64,000 nt of DNA from the human T2T-CHM13v2.0 reference genome, Homo sapiens, in the NCBI RefSeq assembly GCF_009914755.1, contig NC_060941.1; one strand, 5' to 3'. The position numbers and the translations under genes were made by a program. Below, piece after piece: positions 1 to 16,479 of this stretch. Position 1 is the stretch's first letter. Every line of letters begins with the position of its first letter. The notes beneath the pieces were generated by a model. That model had not been told where the DNA came from. It ran no database searches and worked only from the letters and a program-made list of their open reading frames with translations.

Positions 1-138
1 TCTTATCCCTTATGACAAGTCAAGAATCAAAACACAAATGAAATTTGCTTTAAAACATAGGTTTCAAAATGTTTTCTTATTGTGATTAAAGAGTAGCGGG
101 TACCATTCCTTCTGAAACTATTCCAAACAGCGGAAAAA

Positions 139-1833
139 GTGGGACTCCTCCCTAATTCATTTTATGAGGCCAGCATCATCCTGATACCAAAACCTGGCAG
201 AGACACGACAAGAAAAGAAAATTTCAGGCCATTTTCCCTGATGAACATCGATGCAAAAATTCTCAATAAAATACTGGCAAACCGAATCCAGCAGCACATC
301 AAAAAGCTTATCCACCATGATCAAGTCGGCTTCATCCCTGGGATGCAAGGCTGGTTCAACATACGCAAATCAATAAACGTAATACATCACATAAACAGAA
401 CCAATCACAAAAAACACATGATTAACTCAATAGATGCAGAAAAGGCCTTTGATAAAATTCAACATCCCTTCATGCTAAAAACTCTCAATAAACTAGGTAT
501 TGATGGAATGTATCTCAAAATATTAAGAGCTATTTATGACAAACCCACAGCCAATATCATACTGAATGGGCAAAAGCTGGAAGCATTCCCTTTGAAAACC
601 GGCACAAGACTCTCACCACTCCTATTCAACATAGTATTGGAAGTTCTGGTCAGGGCAATCACGCAAGAGAAACAAATAAAGGGTATTCAAATAGAAAGAG
701 AGAAAGTCAAATTGTCTCTGTTTGCAGATGACATGATTGTATATTTGGAAAACCCCATCGTCTCAGCCCCAAATCTCCTTAAGCTGATAAGCAACTTCAG
801 CAAAGTCTCAGGACACAAAATCAATATGCAAAAATCACAAGCATTCCTGTACACCAATAATAGACAAACAGAGAGCCAAATCATGAGTGAACTCCCATTC
901 ACAATTGCTACAAAGAGAATAAAATACCTAGGAATCCAACTTACAAGGGATGTGAAAGACCTCTTCAAGGAGAACTACAAACCACTGCTCAAGGAAATCA
1001 GACAGGACACAAACAAATGGAAAAACATTCCATGCTCATGGATAAGAAGAATTAATATCGTGAAAATGGCCATGCTGCCCGAAGTAATTTATAGATTCAA
1101 TGCTATCCCCATCAAGCTACCATTGACTTTCTTCACAGAATTAGAAAAAACTACTTTAAATTTTATATGGAACCAAAAAAGAGTCTGTATAACCAAGATA
1201 ATCCTAAGCAAAAAGAACAAAGCTGGAGGCATCATGCTACCTGACTTCAAACTATACTATGAGGCTACAGTAACCAGAACAGCAAGGAACTGGTACCAAA
1301 ACAGATATATAGGCCAATGGAACAGAACAGAGGCATCAGAAATAATGCCACACATCTACAATCATCTGATCTTTGACAAACCTGACAAAAACGAGCAATG
1401 GAGAAAGGATTCTCTATTAAATAAATGGTGTTGGGAAAACTGGCTAGCCATATGCAGAAAAATGAAACTGGATCCCTTCCTTACACTTTATACAAAAATT
1501 AACTCAAGATGGATTAAAGACTTAAACGTAAGACCTAAACCCATAAAAATCCTAGAAGAAAACCTAGGCAATACCACTCAGGACAGAGGCATGGGCAAAG
1601 ACTTCATGACTAAAACACCAAAAGCAATGGCAACAAAAGCCAAAATTGACAAATGGGATCTAATTAAACTAAAGAGCTTCTGCACAGCAAAAGAAACTAT
1701 CATCAGAGTGAACAGACAACATACAGAATGGGAGAAAATTTTTGCAATCTATCTATCTGAGAAAGGGTTAATATCCAGAATCTACAAAGAACTTAGACAA
1801 ATTTACAAGAAAAAAAACAACCCCATCAAATAG
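139..1833 (+). pseudogene. L1 ORF2p fragment (RT domain), 564 open codons, non-functional
   Basis: Contains [23 protein letters not shown] and [10 protein letters not shown]. Lacks the endonuclease and the QGCP motif, and stops before the CCHC domain. Confidence 0.9.
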
Positions 1834-2199
1834 TGGATGAAGGATATGAACAGACACTTCTCAAAAAAAGCCATTTATGCAGACAACAAACATATGGAAA
1901 AAAGCTCATCATCACTGGTCATTAGAGAAATGCAAATCAAAACCACAATGAGATAACATCTCATGCCAGTTAGAATGGTGATCATAAAAAGTCAGGAAAC
2001 AACAGATGCTAGAGAGGATGTGGAGAAACAGGAACACTTTTACACTATTGGTGGGAGTGTAAATTAGTTCAACCACTGTGGAAGACAGTGTGGCAATTCC
2101 TCAAGAATCTAGAAACAGAAATACCATTTGACCCACAATCCCATTACTGGGTATATACCCAAAGGATTTTAAATCATTCTACTATAAAGACACATGCAT

Positions 2200-2594
<395 letters not shown>

Positions 2595-3949
2595 CTAGAT
2601 AAAGAAAATGTGGCACATTTACACCATACTATGCAGCCATAAAAAATGATGAGTTCATGTCCTTTGCACAGACATGGATGAAGTTGGAAACCATCATTCT
2701 CAGCAAGTTAACATAGGAACAGAAAACCAAACACCCCATGTTCTCACTCATAAGTGGGAGCTGAACAATGAGAACACTTGGACACAGGGAGGGGAACATC
2801 ACACACAGGGGCCTGTCGGGGGGGTAGGGGACTAGGGGAGGGATAGCATTAGGAGAAATACCTAATGTAGGTGACGGGTTGATGGGTGCAGCAAACCACC
2901 ATGTCACGTGTATACCTATGTAACAAATCTGCAGGTTCTGCACATGGATCCCAGAACTTAAAGTATAATAATAATAATAATAAAGAGTTAGAAAATCAAC
3001 AATGTATTTCTAACCATAAATGTATTGTTATTTAGAAGAAGAAAAGTATGCAAACTCTTGAACATATACACTTATAACAATAATGTATAAATAATAAGGC
3101 AAAATGTATTTTGCATCTCAGAATTGTGATGTGTTATACTGAATTTATATTTATTTAAAATTTAGGGGTTTTCCCCATATTATTCTACTATTGGCAATAT
3201 TCAGAAAAAATAGTATAAACATTTTCTCCTAATACATACTATACCGAGTAAGAAAGTTTTCTTTATTTAAAATAAATGTGTATGCTTTGTTCTGTGTCTC
3301 ACAGAACTATGTTAATCCCAACAAAAGAGAGATTTCATATTGTATTGCTGTTATGACATTTTGCTCAGGAAGCTGAGTGAATGAATGACTGAGATGGAAT
3401 ATTTTTAGTTCTTGGACATGTTATTTCTACTCAGCGTTATACCAACAAGGATCATTATAATAAAATTATAAACTTAAATCAAAATCATTTAAGCATGTAA
3501 CACACTGAAGGGAAATGGGAGGTAGAAAGTTCTATTGAGATCTTCTTGAAAGCCTCAGAAATATTGGGAGAAGGGATGTGACTTAAAATTGGTTAAAAGC
3601 AAAATATTTTACAATATTCTAGAATGAGAAAAGTAACCAAATGAGCTATAATTGGGGCAAAAGAATTGCAGAATTTTCTCCCAACAGAAAACACATGACT
3701 AGAACTAGCTGTGAGATCGTTAGTAATGATACCTCCTTGTTCTGTACTCTAGTAGTAATGTACTTTCACAGTAACTTTCTAAACAGAGACATTTGAAGTT
3801 TCTTATAGACTCATCAATGATCATGCCCATGTTCAAATTTCACTTTATTCATTTTTAAAAATCAGGAAAAAAAGGAAATAGCGGTTATCACATTTCAAGC
3901 ATAAACATAAATAGTCATAAATGATTGTTAGTTTGATATTTTGCCAGGG

Positions 3950-5620
<1,671 letters not shown>

Positions 5621-6899
5621 ATGGAAAAAGTCATTTCTTCTCAATATACAATATGTGGAAGACTAATATACCCCAATAACATAACTTAATGTCAGGAATG
5701 CCAGTGCTAGAAACATAAATCATAGAAGGATGTACCACAACACATTGAAAAGGGGAAATGATGGTATAAAATACTAACCAAAATAATCTTGAAGGTAATC
5801 AAATTACAAACTTTATATTCTACATAGCCCTGGTGTAAAAACGGGTTATAGCTAGAGAAAGTAGGGAGAGTGGTTCTCCATATTCTCTGGCTAGAAAAGG
5901 AGGAAGAGAGGGAGTCACAGTTAGATGCCCTGGGGTTATATTTGTCCTACAACTCAATGATAATTGCTCTCCCTTAAGTGAATAGAAATATGAAAGTTTA
6001 AGAATTTGGAAGGACTTAGAGGCTAGCTAATACAATGTTAATCTTAATCTAAAAACCTTCCCTATAAAACCCTGATAGTTGGTCATTCAGCTGCTGCTGG
6101 AATGATTTTACCAACAGGAGAATAACCATATTCCAAGAGAAACCAATGCCTCATACTGAACATACTTGGCACTGGAAATTCTGGGTAAAGATAATAGGGA
6201 AAACTGAAAATTGTGAAAAGAACAAAAACAAACATTAAATACAGAACATGAGAACATTCACTGGCAGTGAACAAACAAGGAAAGAAGAATAATAACTTGG
6301 CCACAAATTTCAAAACAAGGTAGCCAAGGAAAGAAAGAGAAGATTCTGACATGGTTTGGTGAGACATACTCTTTTGTCCCTATACCCTAGAAGTAGAACT
6401 GGTAAGTTGAAATTATGCTGAGGATTATTTTCCAGTATCCCAGTTTTAGAGAAAAATGAACTGAAGATGTATCATTCACTTTTCCCCCTTCTGCCTGGGT
6501 GGAAGAATAGGAGGACAATTTCAATGGAGTAAAAATGGCTACTAGAGAGAGATGAATCAAGTTAGGAAAGTAGGAAACTTGGACTGATTCTCTCTGATAG
6601 AATATAGGAAGGAGTTAGAGTTCACAGAAAAAAGAAAACACTCTCTAATACACAGAAAAACCCCAGTGTAAGACATTAATAAATTGTTAAAAGACAGAGC
6701 CAGTATCAGTTTCTCTGACAGAAGTTGTTCAGAACTGCAACTAAGCTCTTTTTCTCCATCCCTATCACGATCTCATAAAAAAGTAAAGGCAATGAAATAC
6801 CTGTGCCTTCATACTGAAATTCAGAGGAGGACTGACAGGCTGAAAAGTAGTCAAAGAGAATTCATGAATATTATATCAGTCCATTTAACAGATTTGGAC

Positions 6900-8060
6900 A
6901 CAGGTGCCCACGTTAAGCCCAAGCAAGATGAGGGAGAAAAGTATCTGAAAACTAGAGAAACATTAATTACATTAGGAAAAAGGTGAACTTAGTGACAAAG
7001 AAGAGGAAAAGAAGAAAGTAAGGAAGAGGCCCATCATTAAAAACCAAAAACAATTGTAAGAGAACTTAATAAGAACATGAGTGTAATGAAAGAATAATGC
7101 AAGGATAACAAGATAAAACAACAGAATTAACCAAGGACCCAAATAACTCCATCACAAAATTGATTCTAAATCAGAAACAATGAGTTGAATAAACATGGTG
7201 AAAAATCAAATCATTGACATAGATAAAGGGTTTGAGGTAATCATAATAAAGGTCCAGGAAAAAGACAAAGAGAAGCTAAAGTAGGAAACGTGAAAAGAAA
7301 ATCCATGTAAACACAGACCGTGGTATCCGAAAATTTCCCTAAAATGAATGAAGAGATAAATGTGTATATCAAAAAGACACACTGTAGACCAAGAAAGATA
7401 GATTCCAATTGAGGAAAAGAAACGTGAAAGAAACTCAAGGACTGTAGTCCCCAAACCACTCTTGAAACAAAAAAACACTTGGGGATAAATTTCAAGCAAG
7501 AGATGACCAGAGAAGCTGTTTAAGACCAATGTTTGCACCAAAAGGCAATGGATGATGTGTACAAAGTGTCAGGGGAAGAAAGGATGATCAAAAAATTTTA
7601 TGCCCAGCTAAGGTATCCTTCACAAATAAGAGAACACATAGTGATGCTCAAGCATGCAAAAATACAGTGAATACAACTATAAGCCCTTCTTGGAAAAGCT
7701 ACTTGATGAAATCTCAGTAGTCAATAACAGATCAAAATAAGAACTCAGGTATGAAGTTGTGCAAAAATCCTGGTGGTGAGCACATAATTGATTTAAATAA
7801 AAAGCTAAGTTTATATAACTGTGAGAATTATGGTTATGGAACAAAATATAAATGTTATAAACTTCAACAATGTATAAATAATACTATGGTTGACAAAATA
7901 GACTGGTATAAGTAGGTGGAAGGAAATATGGGCAGTTTAATTTTTCTCTAATAAGGAGTTAACTAATGCCCTCAAAATTGAACCACAAAATTTAAAAATT
8001 ACTCTAACTTCAATGTATTTTTAATTTCTAACATTCTAAAAATAATCTCTTATGTGGTTA
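6900..8060 (+). mobile_element. Ancient L1 ORF1-like / HAL1 fragment
   Basis: A-rich decayed ORF1-like sequence including tatgcccagctaaggtatccttc (LYPAKLSF-like) near 7600. Boundaries approximate. Confidence 0.55.
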
Positions 8061-8100
8061 AAAAAATGTTTTTCTAAATTTTAGAAATCTTTCCATTTCC

Positions 8101-8246
8101 ACTGGGCACAGTGGCTCACCCCTGTTATCTCAACACTTTGGGAGGCCGAGGTGAGATGATCACTTGAGCCCAGGAGTTCAAGATCAGCCTAGGCAATGTA
8201 TCAAGACCCTATCTCTATAAAAAATAAATAAAAAAGAAAAAATGAG
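8101..8246 (+). mobile_element. FLAM_C-type Alu monomer
   Basis: Left monomer plus A tail, 18-bp TSD agaaatctttcc(a/g)tttcc at 8083-8100 / 8247-8264. Confidence 0.9.
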
Positions 8247-9467
8247 AGAAATCTTTCCGTTTCCCTTGTTTCTTCAAATAATTTCACATATAATTTAATA
8301 TTTTAATTAAAAGTGGCAAATGTAGCATGGTCCTGTTTCTAGAAAATTGTTTTTGTCTATATATCTACTTATCCTTCTATTTATCAATCTCTCATAGAAA
8401 TTTCTGGAATAATGCTCACCTAAGATTAACAGCAGTCGTTTCCGGAAGGTAAGATTTGGGTAAAATTTTTGTTTTCTTCTTTGTGTGCAGGACCATGTCA
8501 AATGCCAGTAGCTCCCTTCGGGGGGAATATTTACTTCTGGTGGCAGTACAAGACTCTTAAACAAGGGATGTGGTCTCTCTTAAAACAAACGGGTTCTGGG
8601 TCTGCGAACCAACTCAGATCGGGAAACTTGGTAGAGGACTATGATTTTCCACCCTAAGTGGAAAACTGTTTCAGTTTCACTCATCAGTCTTGGACATTTT
8701 CTTGATGTTGTACAAGCCAAGTAGTATTCCCACTGGCTCTCTATCTTATCTCTCAGAACACAGCTCATTATCACCACAGATCCCTGCAGGGTAAGACACC
8801 TGAAGGGCCTGTCTAGCCTTACTATCCAGTAGAGTAATCGTGTCTACCTTCCATCTATCCAAGTGCCCCATGTAGTGCCTGCCATTCTGGAACCCAACTT
8901 TCCTGTTGAAAGGAGGCAGCTCAGTTCCATAGCAGCATCTCCTACTGTCGGCCCCGGAATACAGAGGAAACCACCATGGAGGTGGCTCAGTGCTATCAGT
9001 GCCCCTCCCACCAGTGCACCTTAGCACCCTAGTAAAGGCCATATCCTCTAGGCCCTCCCATGCACTGGCTTCTCTGGCCTAAAGCAACAAAACCACTCTC
9101 ATATTCTCACTTTTCTGATACTTTGACCCTTCCTCCATAGTAAGCCAAGGCAGTTCTGCCATGGCTGAAGTAGCATGGAAGTAAGTGGCAGAAAAACTAC
9201 TGCCTGGTAAAAATCACAAACAATTATCAACATGCCACATTTTTTAAAAATAAAGATGAAGGACAGTTCAAACATTGTAAACTGTATCCAAAATTATATT
9301 GATCATCAAATTAATAGTTCAAGGGGCACATTGCTTTAAAGGATTGGCCATTAATAGACAGATTTTTCTACAGGGCTTGCCAGGTAACACTTTCCTCTCA
9401 CGTTCTACTCAAGGGCTCTCTGTGGAAAACCTTTGCTTCTAGGTTGTAAAATTTAGCACTAGTTTTA

Positions 9468-9559
9468 TTAGGTTGGTGCAAAAGTAATTGTGGAAGTAAT
9501 TGTTGTGTTTGCCATTACTTTCAATGGCAAAACCCACAACTACTTTTGCACCAACCTAA
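9468..9559. mobile_element. MADE1 (Hsmar1-derived mariner MITE) with 12-nt internal duplication
   Basis: TIRs ttaggttggtgcaaaagta...tacttttgcaccaacctaa with TA on both sides. 92 bp = 80-bp MADE1 plus a repeated aagtaattgt(gg). Confidence 0.93.
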
Positions 9560-12056
9560 TATATAGGTCATTAGACTCATGATGTTAAGATGCATACTAA
9601 GAAACAGGCAACAGGTACATCAGGCCCTGGTATTTTTCATGCAATGAGATATATATTTAACATCATCAGGTTATGTCTCTGAAAAATTTGCATCTGCAAA
9701 ATTGCACACTTGAAATGTCAAAATAAGTTACTAAATTTTTTAGAGCTGCAGAAATTTTACGCTAATGGGGCAGTCTACCGCAAAGGTAGTAGTTTCACAG
9801 ACTGATTTTATATCCTCACTAAAAGATGTTGGAATCTTTCTTTTTAGTCACAGTTATATGATATAAAATGTGCTATTGGATACTTCACTATATGAGAAAA
9901 GCTCCCTTAAAGATAAAATAAGGACATATACAATCTTCTCTGAGTCCTTGGAGTCAGAGTAAAGATACATTTTAGCACAGAAAATACTACAATCTGGTCT
10001 TACTTTCTGAACACTTTAATAGAAATAGGCACAAAAAAATTGTAAAAAGCAGGCAGTGTGTCAAGAACAGAAATAGAATGTGTCATTTGGGGATGGCCAT
10101 GTGGCTCCCAGATTAGATGTTTGCTACATCCATGAAATCTGTCAATCAACAGTTCAGTTTACGCATGGAAGTTCTCCTTATTTAAAAGTTTAATGTTGCT
10201 GTGATAACCGCTGTTAGAGATGGTACCAGGGCCTGCCAGCATACACTGCTTCTTTATTCCTTTTCCTCTCCAGCCAACCATCAACAGCCAGGACTACTGC
10301 CTGCTGAAGCTCCCGAAGCTCATGATACAGGGAGAGCAGAAGGCTGGAAACACAGCTGTGATTAGCAAGCTGATAGATGAAGCAAGGCTGGAAGCAGGCG
10401 CTATCTCCTGTGGTTATCTTCCCATTTAACACTTCAAAACACTTCTCCAGCACCTGTAGGTGATGAGTGACAATTATCCTGAGTTTTTAAAACTTTTTGA
10501 AAAATGAGCTATTACTTTCTGTGGTTTTATCTGCCAGATCTCAGTTGAAACTCAGGAAGAAGCCAGATAGTCAAATGCTTCAAAAGGATTTTTTTTTCAT
10601 GGTTCAATAATGGACAACTCAAGCCACACAAATTGAGAAAATTAACTAAATTTAATTAAGATTAATTAACTAATTAACTAAATTAATGAACTCCATATAG
10701 ATGGAGTTCAAAATTTTTAGAAAAAAACATGTCTTAACTGCATATTTTAATTCATTTTACTTTATGTGTTTCTCTACAACACATTCAGTTCTCAATGAGA
10801 TGTCTGTGTCTTAATCTAGTATGTTACTGCTTTTGAATGAACATGAAATATAAAAATCATGTAAGTTTGCCAGCTACAGTTCGTAATTTAGAAGGACAAA
10901 TAGGTCAACCTGGTTATAAACTCTTCCAATATATAGCACTGTGTCTTTACTTTCTTTTTATTTTCCTTATCTTGCCTACCACAATGCTTCGTAAATTATT
11001 CATCATTTTGAATGAAACAAGGTGGCATTCGAAAAACAGAATTACAAGTAGGTGGAAGACAGCTGCTTCATCTTCCCCATCACCAAATTGGCTGGTCCAC
11101 CTGCAAAGACCCTGCCTTACCTATGGCTTGAACGCATGGCTGGCCTTGCAGCTACCTAAGGCGAGTCCCTTCATCTGTACACTGGATTCCATCCTTTCTT
11201 GCCAAATTAAGCATGCTGCTCTTGAAATTATCCCATCACTCTCTGCATCATCAATATTTTCTTCTCTAGTGGATCAGTCTCATCAATAAGCAAACATGTT
11301 TTTAGCTTATCTCATTTTAAAAAAACTTTCCTTTGACCACACACGTCCCTCTAGATACCACTCATTTCTCTGCTCCCTTTTCTTTCAAAATTCCTCAAAA
11401 CGGCTGCTCACAACGCATTGTCTGTCCACCCACATAATTCAGACATTGGTTCCCACATTCTACTGAAACCAGTCTTGTTGAGGTGGCTAAAGACCTCGCC
11501 ATGCAGCAGTCAGTTCTCAGTCCCCATCTAACTTCCCTTCTTGGCAACACCTGAAACAAGTGGTTACTCACTTCCTCCTTCCTGAAACACTGCACACGGC
11601 TTATGGGAAATCCCACCTTCTTAGACCTTCCTTTTACCTCACTGGTTGTTCCTTCTCAGTCTCTTTTGCTGCTTCCTCCACCTCTTCCTCATATGTAAGT
11701 GTTGGCAGCCCCTAGACTCAGTCCTGGAAGTTCCTTTCTCTTCTCTCTACTCATGTATCAGTGTCTGTCACCACCATCCACCTGGTTGCTCAGTTGGGAA
11801 ACTTTTAAGTCACATTTTAGCCCACTCTTTACCTTACATTCTATTTCACAACCATTGACAAGTCCTGCCTGCAAAATAGATCCCAAATCTGACTACTCCC
11901 TGTCTCCCCCACCACTCCCACCCTAGTCCCAGCCCGGTAACCTCTAACCAGCCCACTGCAATCATCTCCTAACTAGGTCCCCTGCATCCTCTCCTGCCTC
12001 CATCGTAATCAAAGCTCCACACAGCAACTGGAGAGATCTTTCAAAAATGCAAACTA

Positions 12057-12505
<449 letters not shown>

Positions 12506-12795
12506 TCACTCCATTCCAGCTACAAACTAACCCATCTCATGGCTGTTGCAACCATCCACCTGGAATGTTCTTTCCTTACCTCAGGTTTTTGTATGGTTTC
12601 CTCCTTCACTTCATCCAGGTCTTAATTTGAATATCATTTCAGTAGAGTCCTTCACTAACAATCTTATCTACAATAACACCTTGTATAAAATAATAACCAT
12701 TTATAAAGTAGCCCATTCACTCACAAACACTTTAGCTTGCTCTATTTTTCTTCACAACAGTTATCATTACCTCACCCTACCTTAAATTATGTTTT

Positions 12796-12803
<8 letters not shown>

Positions 12804-12845
<42 letters not shown>
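12804..12845. repeat. (GT)~21 microsatellite
   Basis: Direct reading. Confidence 0.97.
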
Positions 12846-12852
<7 letters not shown>

Positions 12853-13093
12853 GTAGGAGTAGTGGTGGTGGGTAGTGGTAGTGTTTTTCTCTTCCATCAC
12901 AAGGGTAAAGACTCTATATTTTGTTCACTGTTATATCCCAAGCACTTGGAAGAGTGTTTAGCACATAGTAATTCAATAAACATGTGTGAAATAATGAATG
13001 ATTGAGAAGGCATTAGTTCCACTTTATATTTTTAATGTACTTAAAGAAGGAATAATGAGTTAGTCCATATCACTATCCAGGAAAACAGCTTCT

Positions 13094-13399
13094 TTTTTTT
13101 TTTTTGAAATGGGTGGGTGGGGTCTTGCTCTGTCACCCAGGCTAGATGGAGTGCAGTGGTGCTATCAAAGCTCACTGTAACCTTGAACTCCCAGGCTCAA
13201 ACAACCCTCGCACCTTAGCCTCTAAAATAGCTTGGAACACAGGTGCAAGCCACCATGCCAGTCTAATTTTTTTTTTTTAATAGAGATGGGGGCCTCACTA
13301 CGTTGCCCAGGCTGGTCTCTCACTCCTAGCTCCAAGCAATCCTCCCTCCTGGGCCTCCTGAGTTACTGGAAATACAGGCATAAGCCACTGCACCCAGCC
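13094..13399 (-). mobile_element. AluJ
   Basis: Diverged antisense dimer starting with poly(T). Confidence 0.88.
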
Positions 13400-14437
13400 C
13401 ATCTTTGCTCTTTTAATATTCACTCTAGCTAAAGGTGCCACTTGTTTTAACCTAGATGAGAACAGCTCCAGGCCAAAAGAAAAAAAAAGAGGAAGAGAAG
13501 GCTCTTCAATTGCCTTTCACTAAATATCAGCACCCTTTCTATGACTCTAGGCTCCGACCACTGGACCTGGACACAGGGGCCCAGGCTCTATAGCCTCACA
13601 GCCTGGGGCTCTGAGTCTGGCAGCCTAATGGCTGGGAATCTGGTACTTTGCCATTGCCTGCAGGACCAATCTGTGACTTGTGGTGTAGCTGCATTCCCTG
13701 AATTTGGTGCTTATTCAAAGAAGTAAGTTGAAAGGAAGCATCATTAGATCAAGGATTGCATTTGTCTTGATCACCACTGAGGACCACAGGGGCTGATATG
13801 TAGCTGGGGTTCAAAAATGTATTAGGAATTGGAAGAGGAAGGTCAAGCAAAAAAAGACTTTCAAAAAGAGTATGATAAGGTAAGCAAGAATAAAAGAGAG
13901 TAAGAGCAGCATACTGGATGTACCATAAATCATACATATCTAGAAATCAATAAGTCATATGGTAATCCATTTGGAAGGGATTTTAGGGAGCCCCACAAAT
14001 CCATGGTCATTTACCACATTACCTCAATACCGAAGAGAAAGTTTACGAAGTCTTTCTACTTGGATCAGTCTTGCTATCACCCAAATAATTTTAAACAATT
14101 CCCACTTTTATTTGCTCTCCTGTCCATGTAATTCCTCCAGTCTCAGCAAATGATTTTGCCGCCTATCTGACAAAGAAAAACCTCAGTAATAAGAATGTCT
14201 TCATCTGCCTTTTGCAGATCCACAAACTTCTACACACCTGGCCTTCCCTTCTTTTCTCACGAGGCACAGGAGACAGACCTGGCCATCATCCAAGGCCAGC
14301 AGCTCCCCACGTGATGTGGGGAGCTGCCCAGTATCTCCACCTTCTTGGGAACATACACTAGTGAGTGTCTTCCCCTTTCCTCCCTCTCTTCCTTTCCACC
14401 ATCTCCTTTTCCAGTGTAGACTAAATAGTCTCATTTA

Positions 14438-14782
<345 letters not shown>

Positions 14783-16479
14783 TTATACCACCTAGCTAAG
14801 TAATGACTAGAATATTTGCAAAGGACAAGGATTGGGAATCACGTGCTATCTGCTTTTTAAATATCCCAACTGACCTTCACTTAAAATTTCCTACTTGCTT
14901 ATCTTGCAGAATTTGTTTTGTCTTTGCTACTGTGTTTGCTAACAAAATATTTTAAGTTTTAAATAATGGCAGCTTGTAAGAAGTTGGCCCTTCAGTGTTT
15001 TTTGTTTTTTGTTTTTTTTGTAATCATTGACAATAAGCACTTATTCTTTCTGGAGAAGCTGGCCACTTGTTTATCTGCTGAACTACATTTCTCCTTCAAG
15101 GCTTTGTAGTGGAAAGCAAAGATATAAAACACAAGATTAAAGAATGATCTCATGGAGTTGCCAAAGAAATCTCTATAGTCCAGGAAGTCCTAGCATGCCT
15201 GGTTGGTTGTTTGTTTCCAACTTGAATGAGGTTTGTGAAAAGACAATTAGAATTGTCTTTTTGTTCCAATGGGTTATACAGGAAAGAAACAGGAAATCTT
15301 GATGAAAGCTTGGGCTTTACAGGATATTTGTGTGAGCATTTAGCCCATGTGTTTGATGTTTTTCTTTCCACATCTGCACACTTTATGCCTGGATTTTGGC
15401 TAAGATACTTTAAAATACTACTTCGCTGTTTTCACTTCATTACAGTTCCTGGCACGGTGCTTTCTGTAAGAGAGGGGCTCAAAAATTAAAACTGGAGAAG
15501 GAAACTGAGGCCCAGAGGCACAAGTCCATTCATTCCCTCTGAATGTCAGTCAGTTCCCTCGTTATAAAATGTGAGGATTAGACCGGATAAGTGCTTTTAA
15601 AACTTTTCCACCAAAGTACTCTCAGCAGCAGTGAAAATGAATAGCACCCCCCTGGGGGATCTGAGGGCATAGCCTGAAGCAGCCTCTGCAAGCTGGAAGT
15701 TTCTTTGAAATGTCCTATTTTGTCTTCTTCATGAGAACTTTGCATTTTACAAAACAGGAAAGTCTATGTTTGTTTTAATAGGAATGTTACCTCAATAGTA
15801 AAACTACGTTGCTTTCCCACAATCGAACTGAGTGGATGCAACACTCCAGGAAGCATGTACGCAGCCTCAGGAACCCCTGGCACTTGCTCACACTCCCCCG
15901 GGGATCACCTTACCTGAGTTGGAGAAGCAAGGGCCCAGATGCTCGGCGTCTAAATCCCCTCCTGATGTGAAATGCTATCATCATAACACTGACAATTTTA
16001 CCTTTTAGAGAAAAGTAAAACAAAATAATAGAAAAATATTCACACTTCCATTTGAATGGCAACTGAGAAAGTAGGCAAGAGTCCTGATACAGGGAAATCC
16101 AGCCAGACAGGTACCTAAATGAATGAGTCAGCGGTGGAATCAGAGAAGTCGGTCTGTCAAGAGGGGCTGGGAATCTAATCAGGCAGATGAACAGAAAGTC
16201 CCAGAATCTTGGTTTTGGAAGAGACCACTGCAGTAAGACAGCCCCCGGAAGGCACAGTATCCCTCCAGAATACTCCAAAAACACACCGCAACCCACTCAC
16301 ACTGGAAACTTACTTTCTCACAAGAAAAACTGTTGCACATTTGAAGGAGGAGTTCTTTAGAAAAGAACTACCTTGAAACAATTCAAAATATTCCTCATGG
16401 TACCATGTATGTATGGGTTCAATTTCTGCCCCCTGGAACTCCGCGGGAGTGCATTTAGAGTGGGGGTCAAGGGCAGGCC

